Shown: positions 30,739 to 42,495, counted from the whole stretch's first letter. The stretch is 63,217 nucleotides of DNA, filler included, from Thermodesulfobacteriota bacterium (GCA_036381125.1; 9 parts of 9 records of this genome joined end to end with filler, not necessarily neighbours in it), one strand, 5' to 3'. Notes: a model not told the origin generated them from the sequence alone. Translations and numbers: made by a program.

Positions 30739-32471
30739 GCCTCCGTCCCCGAGAACGCCATGTCGTGGAGCTTGCGGTAGGCGCCGCCGCGCGCGAGCAG
30801 CGTCTCGTGCGTGCCGACCTCGGCCACGCGACCGCCGACCAGGACGACGATCCGATCGGCCCGGCGGACGGTGGAGAGCCGGTGAGCGATGACCAGCGTG
30901 GTCCGGCCGGCCATGAGCCGCTCGAGCGCGGCCTGCACCTCGGCCTCGCTCTCGGTGTCGAGCGCCGAGGTCGCCTCGTCGAGGATGAGGATGGGCGCGT
31001 CCTTGAGGAGCGCGCGCGCGATGGCGATGCGCTGCCGTTCGCCGCCCGAGAGCTTGACGCCCCCCTCCCCGACCGGCGTCGCGTACCCCTGCGGGAGCCG
31101 GGAGATGAAGCCGTGGGCGTTGGCGGCCCTGGCCGCCTCGACGACCTTCGGGTGGTCGGGCGGCAGCGGTTCCCTCGCGCCGTAGGCGATGTTGCCCCCC
31201 ACCGTGTCGTTGAAGAGGAAGGTCTGCTGCGACACGATGCCGATCTGCCCGCGCAGGGAGGTGAGCGTCAGGTCGCGGACGTCCACGCCGTCGATCGACA
31301 CGCGGCCGCTGGTCGCGTCGTAGAAGCGGGGCACGAGGGAGACGAGCGTCGACTTGCCGGCGCCCGACGGCCCCACGATCGCCACCATCTCCCCGGCGCG
31401 TACCGCGAAGTCGACGTCGGTGAGCACGTCGGCCGCGTCGTACCGGAAGCCGACCCGCTCGAACCGGATGCCGTCCCGGACGCCCGCGAGCGTCGCCGCC
31501 CCCGGCCTCTCCCGCACGTCCGGCTCCTCGTCGAGGACCTCGAAGATCCGCTCGGCCGCCGCGATGCCGGCCTGGATGGCGGCGTTCGACTGGTTCAGCC
31601 GCTTCACCGGCTCGTAGAGGGAGAGGAGCGCCGTCATGAAGGCGAAGAAGGTGCCGGGCGTGGACGACCCCTCGACGACGCGGGAGCCGCCCAGGTAGAC
31701 GACGCCGGCGATGCCGAAGGCGGCGAGGACCTCCATGACCGGCGACGAGAGGGCGCGGACCTTGACCTGCGACATGGCCAGGCGGTAGACGCGGCGGTTC
31801 TCGGCGCTGAAGCGGGCGTACTCGCGCGCCTCCTGGCCGAAGGCCCGCACGACTCCGGCGCCGGCGAGCGTCTCCTGGAGGATGCCGGTCAGGTCGCCGA
31901 TGGAGGTCTGGCTCTGGCGCGAGAGCCGGCGCAGCCGCCGGCCGAACCGCACGATCGCCCAGACGGCAACCGGGAAGACGAGCGCGGCCAGGGCGGCCAG
32001 GCCGGGGTCGAGGTAGACCGCCACGGCGACGAGGCCGACGACGCCGAGCCCGTCGCGGACCACCGAGGCGAACGCGTCGGTCACGGCCGCCTGCACGAGC
32101 GCCACGTCGTTGGTCACCCGCGACATCAGGGTCCCGGTCTGGGAGCGGGCGAAGAAGGCCGCCGTCTGGGCCATGAGATGCGCGTAGAGCCGGTTGCGGA
32201 TGTCGGTCACGACCCGCTGCCCGACGCCCGCCATGAGGACCGCCTGCCCGTAGGCGAAGAGGCCCTTGACGACGTACAGCGCGACGATGAGGAGCGGCAG
32301 GAGGATCAGCATCTGCCGGTCCTTGCGGACGAAGACGTCGTCGACGACCGGCTTCATCAGATATGCCGTGGCCGCCGTGGCGGCCGCGAAGCCGGCCATG
32401 CAGACGAGCCCGGCCGCGAGCCTGACGGTGTAGGGCCGGACGAACGCGAGGAGCCGAAGGTAGAGGTTCAC
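30735..32471 (-). CDS. msbA: Lipid A export ABC transporter
   Basis: TM domain plus GPSGAGKS, LSGGERQR, ILDEATSALD; between lpxB and waaA. Confidence 0.92.
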   Translation of the reverse strand: MNLYLRLLAFVRPYTVRLAAGLVCMAGFAAATAATAYLMKPVVDDVFVRKDRQMLILLPLLIVALYVVKGLFAYGQAVLMAGVGQRVVTDIRNRLYAHLMAQTAAFFARSQTGTLMSRVTNDVALVQAAVTDAFASVVRDGLGVVGLVAVAVYLDPGLAALAALVFPVAVWAIVRFGRRLRRLSRQSQTSIGDLTGILQETLAGAGVVRAFGQEAREYARFSAENRRVYRLAMSQVKVRALSSPVMEVLAAFGIAGVVYLGGSRVVEGSSTPGTFFAFMTALLSLYEPVKRLNQSNAAIQAGIAAAERIFEVLDEEPDVRERPGAATLAGVRDGIRFERVGFRYDAADVLTDVDFAVRAGEMVAIVGPSGAGKSTLVSLVPRFYDATSGRVSIDGVDVRDLTLTSLRGQIGIVSQQTFLFNDTVGGNIAYGAREPLPPDHPKVVEAARAANAHGFISRLPQGYATPVGEGGVKLSGGERQRIAIARALLKDAPILILDEATSALDTESEAEVQAALERLMAGRTTLVIAHRLSTVRRADRIVVLVGGRVAEVGTHETLLARGGAYRKLHDMAFSGTEA

Positions 32472-32930
32472 GAACGCGGCTTCCCGCCCACCTCCGCCCT
32501 GGCCGGCGAAGGTGATGGCGCGCCCGAACGCTGCGCCCGGTCCGGCGACTCGCGCCCCGGCGAGGGCGACGGTCCGCCCGGCAGCGTCGAAGAGGGCCCC
32601 TCCCCCAGCATCCGCATGAGCAGCGCCGCCGCGCGCGCCGAGGCGCCCGGCGCGCCGAGCCGCGCGCGCACGTCGGCGAGGCCCGCCTCGACGGCCGCCC
32701 GGCGCGCCGGGTCGTCGAGGAGCGCCGCGACCTCCGTCGCGATCGCCTCGGCCGTGACCGCCCCCTGGATCAACTCGCGCACGACGTGGCGCCCGGCGAC
32801 GAGGTTCACCAGGCCGATGGCGGGCACGCGGACGAGGAGGCGGCCGAGGAGGTAGGTGAGCGCGCGGACCTTGTAGACGATGACCATCGGCGTGCCGCAG
32901 AGCGCCGTCTCGAGCGTCGCCGTCCCCGAG
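32468..32930 (-). CDS. lpxB: Lipid-A-disaccharide synthase, C-terminal part
   Basis: SGTATLETALCGTPMVIVYK...IGLVNLVAG..VV.ELIQ. Confidence 0.92.
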
Positions 32931-33030
32931 NNNNNNNNNNNNNNNNNNNNNNNNNNNNNNNNNNNNNNNNNNNNTTAATTAATTAANNNNNNNNNNNNNN
33001 NNNNNNNNNNNNNNNNNNNNNNNNNNNNNN
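32931..33030. other. Artificial contig-joining spacer
   Basis: N-run/TTAATTAATTAA/N-run. Confidence 0.98.
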
Positions 33031-33096
33031 CCCCCCCCCCCCCCCCCCGGGAGGGGGGACCGGGGGGCCCGTCTCGGCCGGGCGGAGGGCTGTGCG

Positions 33097-33762
33097 GTGC
33101 GTGAGGCCCCCCGCGTCGTAATAGTGGACTACGGCGTCGGCAACCTGCGCAGCGCCCAGAAGGCGCTCGAGGCCGCCGGCGCCGGCCGGGTCGACGTGAC
33201 GCGCGACCCGAAGGTCATCGCGGCGGCCGACCGGGTCGTGCTGCCGGGCGTCGGTGCCTACGGGCACTGCATCGGGGCGCTCAGGGACGCGGGGCTCGAG
33301 GAGGCGGTCGTCCGCGCGATCGAGTCGGGCCGGCCCTTCCTCGGCGTCTGCGTCGGGATGCAGCTCCTCTTCCAGCAGGGCGAGGAGTTCGGCATCCACC
33401 GCGGGCTCGGCGTGCTTCCGGGGCGGGTCGTCCACTTCCTCGAGGCGGGCCTCGTGCCGGCCCCGGCCGGTGCGCCGGCGGCCGCGCTCAAGGTGCCGCA
33501 CATGGGCTGGTCGCCCATCGAGGTGACGCCGGCCGGGGAGGCGCTCTTCGCCGGCCTGCCCACGGGGACGTACTTCTACTTCGTCCACTCGTTCGTGGCC
33601 GTGGACGTCGATCGGGCGGGGGTGGCGGCCTTTGCCGACTACGGCATCCGGTTCCCCGCGGCGGTCGTCCGGCGGAACGTCGCCGGCACGCAGTTCCATC
33701 CCGAGAAGAGCCAGGCGGTCGGGCTCGACCTCCTGCGCAACTTCCTGCGGTGGCGTCCCTGA
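33097..33762 (+). CDS. hisH: IGP synthase glutamine amidotransferase subunit
   Basis: [39 protein letters not shown]. Confidence 0.97.
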   Translation: MREAPRVVIVDYGVGNLRSAQKALEAAGAGRVDVTRDPKVIAAADRVVLPGVGAYGHCIGALRDAGLEEAVVRAIESGRPFLGVCVGMQLLFQQGEEFGIHRGLGVLPGRVVHFLEAGLVPAPAGAPAAALKVPHMGWSPIEVTPAGEALFAGLPTGTYFYFVHSFVAVDVDRAGVAAFADYGIRFPAAVVRRNVAGTQFHPEKSQAVGLDLLRNFLRWRP

Positions 33763-34514
33763 TGGCGCGCTTCGAGGTGGTGCCGGCCATCGACGTGAAG
33801 GACGGCCGCTGCGTCCGCCTCGTGCAGGGGCGCTTCGACGACGCGACCGTCTACGGCGACGACCCCGTGGCGGTGGCGCGCCGCTGGGCCGCGGGCGGCG
33901 CGCCGCGGCTCCACGTGGTCGACCTCGACGGCGCCCTCGCCGGGCGGCCGGTGGCGCGCGACCTGGTCGTCGCCATCGCGCGGGCCGTGGCCCCGCTGCC
34001 GGTCCAGGTGGGCGGCGGCATCCGCAGCCGCGCCGACCTCGACGCCTACCTCGAGGCCGGCCTCGACCGGGTGATCCTCGGGACGGCGGCGCTCGAGGAG
34101 CGCGGCCTGGTCGCCGCCGCGTCGGCGGCGCACAGGGGGCGCGTCTGGGTGGGGCTCGACGTGAAGGACGGCCGGCTGGCGGTCCGCGGCTGGCTCGAGA
34201 CCGCGGCCGCGGCGCCGGTCGAGGCGGCGCGCGCCCTGGCCGAGGCGGGCGCGGCCGGCTTCGTCGTCACCGACGTCGCGAGGGACGGCACGCTCGCCGG
34301 CCCGTCGCTCGAGCGGACCCTGGCCGTGGCCCGTGCGGTCGACCGTCCGGTGCTCGCCTCGGGCGGCGTCTCGTCCGCCGACGACCTCCGGCGCCTGGCC
34401 GCGAGCGGCCGTCTGGCCGGCGCGATCGTCGGCAAGGCGCTCTACGCCGGGCGCGTGACGCTGGCGGACGCGCTCGCGGCCGTGGCCGGCGAGCCGGAAG
34501 CGAGCCGGCCGTGA
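33762..34514 (+). CDS. hisA: ProFAR isomerase
   Basis: [44 protein letters not shown]. Confidence 0.96.
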   Translation: MARFEVVPAIDVKDGRCVRLVQGRFDDATVYGDDPVAVARRWAAGGAPRLHVVDLDGALAGRPVARDLVVAIARAVAPLPVQVGGGIRSRADLDAYLEAGLDRVILGTAALEERGLVAAASAAHRGRVWVGLDVKDGRLAVRGWLETAAAAPVEAARALAEAGAAGFVVTDVARDGTLAGPSLERTLAVARAVDRPVLASGGVSSADDLRRLAASGRLAGAIVGKALYAGRVTLADALAAVAGEPEASRP

Positions 34515-35275
34515 CGCTCGCGCGCCGCGTGATCCCCTGCCTCGACGTGAAGGACGGCCGCGTCGTCAAGGGGGTGCGGTTCGTCGGCCTGCGCGACGCC
34601 GGCGACCCGGTGGAGGCCGCGGCGGCCTACGACCGGCAAGGGGCCGACGAGCTGGCGTTTCTCGACATCACCGCCTCGGCCGAGGCGCGCGGCATCCTGC
34701 TCGAGGTCGTGCGGCGCACCGCCGAGGCGGTCTTCATGCCGCTCACCGTGGGCGGCGGCATCCGGACGCCCGAGGACATCCGCGCGCTCCTCGAGGCGGG
34801 CGCCGACAAGGTCTCCATCAACACCGCGGCCGTCGCCCGCCCGGAGTTCGTGGCCGAGGCGGCGCGCCGGTTCGGCAGCCAGTGCATCACCGTTGCCGTC
34901 GACGCCAAGCGGGTCGGCGGCCGCTGGGAGGTGTTCACCCACGGCGGACGGCGACCGACCGGCCTCGACGCCGTCGAGTGGGCCGCCCGCATGGCGGACC
35001 TCGGCGCGGGGGAGATCCTCCTGACGAGCATGGACCGGGACGGGACGCGCGAGGGCTACGACCTCGCCCTCACCCGCGCCGTCGCCCGCGCGGTCCCGGT
35101 GCCGGTCGTCGCCTCGGGCGGCGTCGGCACCCTCGAGCACCTCTACCAGGGGCTCGCCGAGGGGGAGGCCTCGGCGGTGCTCGCGGCGTCCATCTTCCAC
35201 TTCGGCGAGGCGACCGTCGGCGAGGCGAAGGCCTATCTCGCCGCCCGCGGCGTCCCGGTGCGGCTCGCGCCGTGA
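34511..35275 (+). CDS. hisF: IGP synthase cyclase subunit
   Basis: [47 protein letters not shown]. Confidence 0.98.
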   Translation: MTLARRVIPCLDVKDGRVVKGVRFVGLRDAGDPVEAAAAYDRQGADELAFLDITASAEARGILLEVVRRTAEAVFMPLTVGGGIRTPEDIRALLEAGADKVSINTAAVARPEFVAEAARRFGSQCITVAVDAKRVGGRWEVFTHGGRRPTGLDAVEWAARMADLGAGEILLTSMDRDGTREGYDLALTRAVARAVPVPVVASGGVGTLEHLYQGLAEGEASAVLAASIFHFGEATVGEAKAYLAARGVPVRLAP

Positions 35276-35931
35276 CGACGCCGGTCTTCGACGCGCAGGG
35301 CCTCGTGCCGGCCGTCTGCCAGGACGCGCGGACGGGCGAGGTGCTCATGGTCGCCTGGATGAACGACGAGGCGTGGCGCCTCACGCGGGAGACCGGCTTC
35401 GCCCACTTCTTCAGCCGCTCGCGCGGCCGCATCTGGAAGAAGGGGGAGACCTCGGGCCACACGCTCGCGGTGCGCGAGGTGCGGCTCGACTGCGACCGCG
35501 ATACCGTGCTCCTCCTCGTCACGCCTGCCGGACCGGCCTGCCACGCCGGGACGCGAAGCTGCTTCGTCGAGGTCGTCGCCGGAGGCGGCGAGGCGGCCCT
35601 GCCGGGCGCCACGCTCGGCGAGGTGCTCGGCCGGCTCGACGCCACGATCCAGGCGCGGCGGAGCGCCGACCCGGGCGAGTCGTACACCGCGGCGCTTCTC
35701 GCCGGCCCGGTCGACCGGCCGCTCAAGAAGCTCGTCGAGGAGGCGGCCGAGGCGGCGCTCGCGGCCAAGGGGGGCGATCGGGAGGCGCTCGTGCGCGAGA
35801 CGGCCGACCTGCTCTACCATGTGCTGGTCGTGCTGGCGCGTGCCGGCGCGGCGCCGGGCGAGGTCGCGCGCGAGCTGGCGCGGCGCGAGGGGGTGAGCGG
35901 GCACGCCGAGAAGGCCGCGCGCAAGGACTGA
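35272..35931 (+). CDS. hisIE: Bifunctional PR-AMP cyclohydrolase / PR-ATP pyrophosphatase
   Basis: [46 protein letters not shown]. Confidence 0.95.
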   Translation: MTTPVFDAQGLVPAVCQDARTGEVLMVAWMNDEAWRLTRETGFAHFFSRSRGRIWKKGETSGHTLAVREVRLDCDRDTVLLLVTPAGPACHAGTRSCFVEVVAGGGEAALPGATLGEVLGRLDATIQARRSADPGESYTAALLAGPVDRPLKKLVEEAAEAALAAKGGDREALVRETADLLYHVLVVLARAGAAPGEVARELARREGVSGHAEKAARKD

Positions 35932-35982
35932 CGGGTGCGAGGGTCGGGTCGTCGCATCCGATTCGGGCGACGGCCCGCTCGC

Positions 35983-36011
35983 TTGACAAGGTCCCGGGGC
36001 CTCACTACCCT
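35983..36011 (+). promoter_or_regulatory. Sigma70-type promoter for rpsU operon
   Basis: TTGACA-N17-TACCCT. Confidence 0.7.
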
Positions 36012-36100
36012 TTACGGTCACGTCGGGCGGCTGCCGGCGGCCCGTTCGTGTAACTATCCGTTATAATTCAAAAAAACATGGAGAGGAGGTGACCTGCCGC

Positions 36101-36298
36101 ATGCCGGGCGTTCGTGTCAAGGAAAGCGAGTCGTTCGAGTCCGCCCTCAAGCGCTTCAAGAAGCAGTGCGAGAAGGCTGGCATCCTCTCCGAGATCCGCA
36201 AGCGCGAGCACTACGAGAAGCCGAGCGTGAAGCGGAAGAAGAAGGCGCTGGCCGCGCGGAAGCGGGCTCTCAAGAAGCTGCGCAAGCAGGAGGCGTAG
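36101..36298 (+). CDS. rpsU: 30S ribosomal protein S21
   Basis: [34 protein letters not shown]. Confidence 0.98.
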   Translation: MPGVRVKESESFESALKRFKKQCEKAGILSEIRKREHYEKPSVKRKKKALAARKRALKKLRKQEA

Positions 36299-36364
36299 GC
36301 CACGCCTCCTTCGCACGCGGCGGGAAGGCCGGACGGTACACCCACCCACCGCCCCTCGGTGCCG

Positions 36365-36820
36365 ATGGCGCTCAAGGCGACGCTCAAGACCGATCTCAAC
36401 GCGGCCGCAAAGGCCCAGGACAAAGCCCGTCTATCCACGCTCCGGATGCTGCTCGCCGCGGTCCAGAACCGCGAGATCGAGGTTCGGCGCGAGCTCACCG
36501 ACGGCGAGCTGCTCGAGACCATCGGCAGGCTCATCAAGCAGCGCCAGGACGCGATCGAGCAATTCAGGGCCGGCGGGCGCGCCGACCTCGTCGAGAAGGA
36601 GGAGGCCGAGGTGCGCGTGCTCCAGGCCTACCTCCCGGCGCCGCTGTCGGCCGACGAGCTGGCGGCCAGGGTCGACGAGGCGATCAGGACCGCCGGGGCG
36701 ACCTCCCGCAAGGACATGGGCAAGGTGATGAAGGTGCTCCTGCCCCTGATCGCCGGCCGCGCCGACACCCGGGCGGCGAGCGAACTCGTACAGCAGAAGC
36801 TCGCGGCGATGGGCGGGTGA
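36365..36820 (+). CDS. yqeY: GatB/YqeY domain protein
   Basis: KQRQDAIEQF..GGR.DL..KE, YLP..LS, KDMGKVMK; follows rpsU. Confidence 0.93.
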   Translation: MALKATLKTDLNAAAKAQDKARLSTLRMLLAAVQNREIEVRRELTDGELLETIGRLIKQRQDAIEQFRAGGRADLVEKEEAEVRVLQAYLPAPLSADELAARVDEAIRTAGATSRKDMGKVMKVLLPLIAGRADTRAASELVQQKLAAMGG

Positions 36821-37320
36821 GCACCGTGAGCACGCTCGACGTCGTCATCCTGGCCGGGCTGGCCTTCTTCCTCGTACGGGGGCTCCTCAACGGCGTCGTC
36901 GGGGAGCTGGCGCCGCTCGTCGGCCTCGCGGCCGGCGTGGCGGCCGCGGCCACGCTCACGCCGGAGGCGGTGGTCTTCGCGGAGCGGCAGTGGAGCTGGG
37001 TCGCGGGGCTCGCGCCGGGCGTCCGGCTCTGGCTCGCCGGCGCCGTCGTCTTCGTGATCGCCTACGCCCTCTGTCGCCTCGCCGCGTCGTTCCTGGCCGG
37101 CGGCGGGGAACCGGGGCGGGCGCCGGGCGGGCTCGCGAGGCTCGCCGGCGCGGCTCTCGGCCTCGCCAAAGGGGCCGTCCTCGTCGGGTTCGCCCTCCTC
37201 GGTCTCTCCTGGCTCCTCGCCGGACCCACCGCCAACAGCCTCCTCGAACGCTCCGTGATGGCCCGCGAGCTGACCCGCCTCTCGGCCTCGCTCCTCGGCT
37301 GGGCACACGCATGGCTGTAG
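36817..37320 (+). CDS. CvpA family membrane protein
   Basis: LDVVIL...RGLLNG...EL, four TMs, G...GLAKG; typical yqeY-cvpA-mutS2 context. Confidence 0.85.
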   Translation: MSTVSTLDVVILAGLAFFLVRGLLNGVVGELAPLVGLAAGVAAAATLTPEAVVFAERQWSWVAGLAPGVRLWLAGAVVFVIAYALCRLAASFLAGGGEPGRAPGGLARLAGAALGLAKGAVLVGFALLGLSWLLAGPTANSLLERSVMARELTRLSASLLGWAHAWL

Positions 37321-37928
37321 CCGCCGCCCGTACCGCGCGCGAGTTCGGACCGCCCCTGCCGCGGCGCTTCTACGCGCGGCCGACGGTCGAGGTCGCCAGG
37401 GACCTCCTCGGCGCCATCCTCGTGCGGGTGGCGGACGAGGGAACGACGGCGGCGCGCATCGTCGAGACCGAGGCGTACTTCGGGCTCGACGACCGGGCGA
37501 GCCACGGCTACGCGGGGCTCACGCCCCGCACGCGCGTCATGTTCGGGCCGCCGGGGCACGCGTACGTCTACTTCATCTACGGCAACCACGACATGCTGAA
37601 CGTCGTCACCGAGCGCGAGGGGGAGCCGGCCGCCGTGCTCGTGCGCGCCGCGGAGCCGATCGCCGGGCTCGACCTCATGGCGGCCCGGCGCGGTGTGCCG
37701 GGGCCGAAGGGGCTCACGGACGGCCCGGGCCGGCTCTGCCGCGCCATGGGGATCACGCGGGCCATGAACGGCGTCGACCTCACGGCGCCCGGGGGACCGC
37801 TCTACATCGCCGCGCGGCCGGGGAGGCCGCCCCGGATCGTCACCACGACTCGCGTCGGCATCACGCACGACCGCGAGCGGCTGCAGCGGTACTACGTGGA
37901 AGGGAGTCCGTGTGTCTCGCGGCCCTGA
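37311..37928 (+). CDS. mpg: DNA-3-methyladenine glycosylase (AAG/MPG family)
   Basis: VARDLLG, RIVETEAY, MFGPPGHAYVYFIYG, AVLVRA.EP, GPGRLC, RVGI. Confidence 0.95.
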   Translation: MAVAAARTAREFGPPLPRRFYARPTVEVARDLLGAILVRVADEGTTAARIVETEAYFGLDDRASHGYAGLTPRTRVMFGPPGHAYVYFIYGNHDMLNVVTEREGEPAAVLVRAAEPIAGLDLMAARRGVPGPKGLTDGPGRLCRAMGITRAMNGVDLTAPGGPLYIAARPGRPPRIVTTTRVGITHDRERLQRYYVEGSPCVSRP

Positions 37929-37935
37929 TCGCCCC

Positions 37936-38072
37936 ATGACCGCCGTCGCCTCCGACCGGGTACTCGAGCTGCTCGAGCTGCCGCGCGTCCTCGAGGCGCT
38001 CGGCGAGGGGGCGATGTCGCCGCTCGGGGCGGCCGCGGCGCTCGCCCTGAGACCCACGGCCGAGCCGGCCGC
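37936..38072 (+). CDS. mutS2: MutS2, N-terminal fragment cut by contig end
   Basis: LELLELPRVLE.L...A.SPLG.....LRP resembles the MutS2 N-terminus; context after cvpA. Confidence 0.7.
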
Positions 38073-38172
38073 NNNNNNNNNNNNNNNNNNNNNNNNNNNN
38101 NNNNNNNNNNNNNNNNTTAATTAATTAANNNNNNNNNNNNNNNNNNNNNNNNNNNNNNNNNNNNNNNNNNNN
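38073..38172. other. Artificial contig-joining spacer
   Basis: N-run/TTAATTAATTAA/N-run. Confidence 0.98.
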
Positions 38173-38283
38173 GAGGCGCGGCTCGGCCGCGCCGAGCGGA
38201 CAGGGGGGTGCGGGGGGCCCGGCTCGGGCAATCGCCCGGCTGTGCGGCCCGTGAGGCCCCCCGCGGATGATGGAGTCGTGAGC

Positions 38284-39678
<1,395 letters not shown>

Positions 39679-39703
39679 GACGGATCTCGCGCAGGAGGCA
39701 GAC

Positions 39704-40300
39704 ATCCCGGCCCGGACCTGCGTGGCGTGCCGGCGCGAGGACGAGCAGGGGACGCTGATCCGGCTCGCGGCGTCGCCCGACGGCCGGCTCGTGGTCGACC
39801 ACCCGCCGAAGCTGAAGGGCCGCGGCGCGTACCTCTGCCCCGACCCGTCCTGCGTGGCGGCGGCCGTCAAGCGCAACCCGTTTTCCCGGGCGTTCCGGCG
39901 TCCGGTGGCGCTTGCCGACGCGGATCTGGGGCGGCTCGTGGCCGAGCGCCTCGAGGCCCACGTGCTCGGCCTCCTCGGCGTGGCGCGTCGGGCCGGCCGG
40001 GTGCGCTCGGGCGCGACGCAGGTGGAGGAGGCGCTGGCGCGCGGGAGGCTGGCGCTGGTGATCGTGGCGGCCGATGCCGAGCCGGCGACGGTGGAGGCGT
40101 TCGAGGGCCGGGCGCGGGCGGCCGGGACGCCGCTTGCGCGCTTCGGCACCCGCGAGACGCTGGGCCGTGCGATCGGCAAGGACTTCCGGGCCGTGGTCGG
40201 CATCGCCGACCCCGGGTTGGCCAGGAAGATCCGCGACGATCTCGGTAAACTAGACAGATTGGCAGGACGCAAGGCGGCGGACCTCCGCCGCGAGATCTGA
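39704..40300 (+). CDS. YlxR (RnpM/DUF448) - L7Ae(YlxQ) fusion; start uncertain (ATC at 39704 or frameshift)
   Basis: [16 protein letters not shown], then [31 protein letters not shown]; between nusA and infB. Confidence 0.88.
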   Translation: MPARTCVACRREDEQGTLIRLAASPDGRLVVDHPPKLKGRGAYLCPDPSCVAAAVKRNPFSRAFRRPVALADADLGRLVAERLEAHVLGLLGVARRAGRVRSGATQVEEALARGRLALVIVAADAEPATVEAFEGRARAAGTPLARFGTRETLGRAIGKDFRAVVGIADPGLARKIRDDLGKLDRLAGRKAADLRREI

Positions 40301-40743
40301 GAGCCGGCGCGGAAGCGTCGGCCGAGGCAAGGGGCCACAGGTAATCGGGGACCGGGGTGAAGCCCCGGTCGAGCGGAGGCCGGGCACGCGAAACGCCTCC
40401 CGTTGGCAGGCGGCGTTCACAGCCCGGCCGGAGCGGCGATGGCCCCGAGCCGTTAATGGAGAGAGTTGATGGCGAAGGTTCGAGTCTTCGAGTTGGCGCA
40501 GGAGATCGGGATCGGCAACAAGGAACTCCTGAACCGACTCCAGGAGCTCGGCATCCGGGCGACGAATCACATGAGCCCCCTCGAGCCGGAGGAGGTCGCG
40601 CGCGTGCGCATGGGGGCCGCCCAGGCGGCCCAGGGCGGCTCCGCAGCGCAGCCTCTTCGGGAGGAGCGGGTCCGGGGCACGATCATCCGGCGCCGGGCGG
40701 CCGGCGCGCCGACCCCGGGTTGGCCAGGAAGATCCGCGACGAT
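40204..40743. repeat. Exact 37-bp direct repeat (40204-40240 and 40707-40743, contig end)
   Basis: CGCCGACCCCGGGTTGGCCAGGAAGATCCGCGACGAT twice. Confidence 0.92.
40469..40743 (+). CDS. infB: Translation initiation factor IF-2, N-terminal fragment
   Basis: MAKVRVFELAQEIG..NKELL..LQELGI...NHMS, IIRRR; follows nusA-ylxR. Confidence 0.9.
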
Positions 40744-40843
40744 NNNNNNNNNNNNNNNNNNNNNNNNNNNNNNNNNNNNNNNNNNNNTTAATTAATTAAN
40801 NNNNNNNNNNNNNNNNNNNNNNNNNNNNNNNNNNNNNNNNNNN
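40744..40843. other. Artificial contig-joining spacer
   Basis: N-run/TTAATTAATTAA/N-run. Confidence 0.98.
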
Positions 40844-40845
40844 GC

Positions 40846-41607
40846 TGCGTCGTGGCGCTGCACGACGTGGCGCCCCGCACCCTCGCCGCCTGCCGCGCGC
40901 TCGCCGAGCGCCTCGACGCGCTCAGCGTCGCGCCGCTCGCGCTGCTCGTCGTGCCGAGCTTCCACGGCGACCCGTTGGCGGCGCGCCGCGGCGAGACGGC
41001 GCGCTGGGTCGAGGCGCGCCGCGCGCGCGGCGACGAGGTCGTCCTGCACGGCTACTACCATGTCGCCGACCGGCGCCCCGACGGCCTGGTCGGCCGCCTT
41101 CGGGCGCGACTGCTCACCGCCGGGGAGGGGGAGTTCCAGACGCTCGACGAGGACGAGGCCGGCCGGCGCATGGCCGCGGGCCTCGCGGCGCTCGAGGCGG
41201 CCGGCATGGGCCGCCCCCGCGGGTTCGTCGCTCCCGCCTGGCTCCTCGGGGCGGCCGCGCGCCGGGCGGCGAGGCGGCTCGGCTTCGCGTACACGACGAC
41301 GCACCTGACCCTCGACGACCTCGACACCGGCCTCCGCCACGCGGCGCCGGTCCTCGGTCTCTCGTGCCGGACGCCCCTGCGGGCAGCCGCGTCGCGGGTG
41401 GCCGCGCCGCTGCTCTGGTGCGCCGCCCGCCGCGCGCCGCGGCTCCGCTTCGCGCTCCATCCGGTCGACCTGCGCGCGCCCGCCGCCCTCGAGGCGCTCC
41501 TCGGCATCCTCGAGGCGGCCCGCCGCGACCGCCCCGTCGTGACCTACGGCGGCCTCCTCGACGCGTGCCGGGCCGAATCCGTCACCCGCCAGCACAGCGC
41601 CGTCTAA
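40846..41607 (+). CDS. Polysaccharide deacetylase-like (DUF2334) protein, 5'-truncated
   Basis: LHDVAP, LLVVP, LHGYYH, EGEF, GFVAPAW, RFALHP.D. Confidence 0.85.
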   Translation, partial: CVVALHDVAPRTLAACRALAERLDALSVAPLALLVVPSFHGDPLAARRGETARWVEARRARGDEVVLHGYYHVADRRPDGLVGRLRARLLTAGEGEFQTLDEDEAGRRMAAGLAALEAAGMGRPRGFVAPAWLLGAAARRAARRLGFAYTTTHLTLDDLDTGLRHAAPVLGLSCRTPLRAAASRVAAPLLWCAARRAPRLRFALHPVDLRAPAALEALLGILEAARRDRPVVTYGGLLDACRAESVTRQHSAV

Positions 41608-41608
41608 C

Positions 41609-41659
41609 GGGGTCAGGTCTTTCCATTTTCCAGGCAGGCAAACGGTGGGGTCTGACCCC
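41609..41659. repeat. REP-like intergenic element
   Basis: GGGGTCAGGTCTTTCCATTTTCCA (identical to the 58460 unit) plus palindromic GGGGTCTGACCCC; terminal GGGGTCAG/CTGACCCC inverted pair. Confidence 0.8.
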
Positions 41660-41741
41660 GCCTGTTTTCCGAGCGGCTCGGGGGCCGAGGGGCCGCAGGC
41701 CCGAGCGCCGTGACGCCGGCCCGCAGGCCGTGCAGCACGGC

Positions 41742-41978
41742 CTAGCCGCGTCTGTCGCTTCGGGAGGGGTCGTCGTCGGTGGGTTCGGGCGGCGTCTCCT
41801 CGTCCGACACGGGGGCGCCCGGGATGGTGTAGCGGCCCTCGGCCCATGCGCCGAGGTCGATCAGGCGGCAACGCTCCGAGCAGAACGGCCCTCGCGGCGG
41901 CTCGTCCCAGCGGGTCGCGCGACGGCAGATCGGGCAGGTGACGACGAGGCCTCCCCCCTCGGCCGGCCTGCCGGTCAC
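41742..41978 (-). CDS. yacG: DNA gyrase inhibitor YacG
   Basis: CPIC...[27 protein letters not shown] overlap with cbiX stop. Confidence 0.93.
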   Translation of the reverse strand: MTGRPAEGGGLVVTCPICRRATRWDEPPRGPFCSERCRLIDLGAWAEGRYTIPGAPVSDEETPPEPTDDDPSRSDRRG

Positions 41979-42409
41979 CGCGACGCGACCTCTGCCGGCG
42001 GCTCGACTGTCGCCTCGCCGGCGCGCGGTTCGCCTTCCACGAGCATCGCGATGAGGTCGAGGATGGCCGGGTGGTTGCCCAGGATGTCGGTGACCTCGAT
42101 GGGGATCCGCTCCCCCTCCGGGCCGAGGGCGCGGCGAGTCTCCTCGACGAGCTGCGGGATGTCCTCGGCGACGTGCCGGCCGATGGCGAGAAAGTAGGGC
42201 ACGACGACGAGGCGGCGCGCCCCCCCGTCGACCAGCGCGGTCGCCGCCTCGGCCATGGTCGGCGACGCCAGCTCGAGGAACGCTGCCTCGCAGAGCGGAT
42301 AGCGACCGCTCGTGCGGAACCGCTCGGCGATGGCGCGCAGGTGATCGTTCGCGCCGGCGAGACGGCTGCCGTGGCCGAAGAGGATGACGCCGGTCGGTGC
42401 AGGCTTCAT
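41975..42409 (-). CDS. Small single-domain CbiX/SirB-type chelatase
   Basis: [12 protein letters not shown]...P, VPYFL..GRHV.EDIP, LG.HP. Confidence 0.88.
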   Translation of the reverse strand: MKPAPTGVILFGHGSRLAGANDHLRAIAERFRTSGRYPLCEAAFLELASPTMAEAATALVDGGARRLVVVPYFLAIGRHVAEDIPQLVEETRRALGPEGERIPIEVTDILGNHPAILDLIAMLVEGEPRAGEATVEPPAEVASR

Positions 42410-42416
42410 GACCGGG

Positions 42417-42446
42417 ACGGTAGCGAGCGCGCCGGCGGGGTGTCAA
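42417..42446 (-). promoter_or_regulatory. Sigma70-type promoter giving a leaderless cbiX-yacG mRNA
   Basis: Minus strand TTGACA-N18-TACCGT-N7-ATG. Confidence 0.65.
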
Positions 42447-42466
42447 ACAGCGGGCGCTCGACTGGC

Positions 42467-42495
42467 TTGACATGGGTGACTCGAACCCGTACGTT
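42467..42495 (+). promoter_or_regulatory. Sigma70-type promoter for hybrid kinase
   Basis: TTGACA-N17-TACGTT. Confidence 0.7.

Noticed and set aside
33031..33070. Poly-C/G tract as a phase-variation or G-quadruplex site
   Set aside because: Lies at the very start of a contig, where homopolymer sequencing artefacts are common
36062..36067. Perfect TATAAT as a second rpsU promoter
   Set aside because: No matching -35 or extended -10; may be just an AU-rich translation enhancer. Not excluded
38173..38283. rimP 3' end upstream of nusA
   Set aside because: No recognisable RimP C-terminus in the available bases
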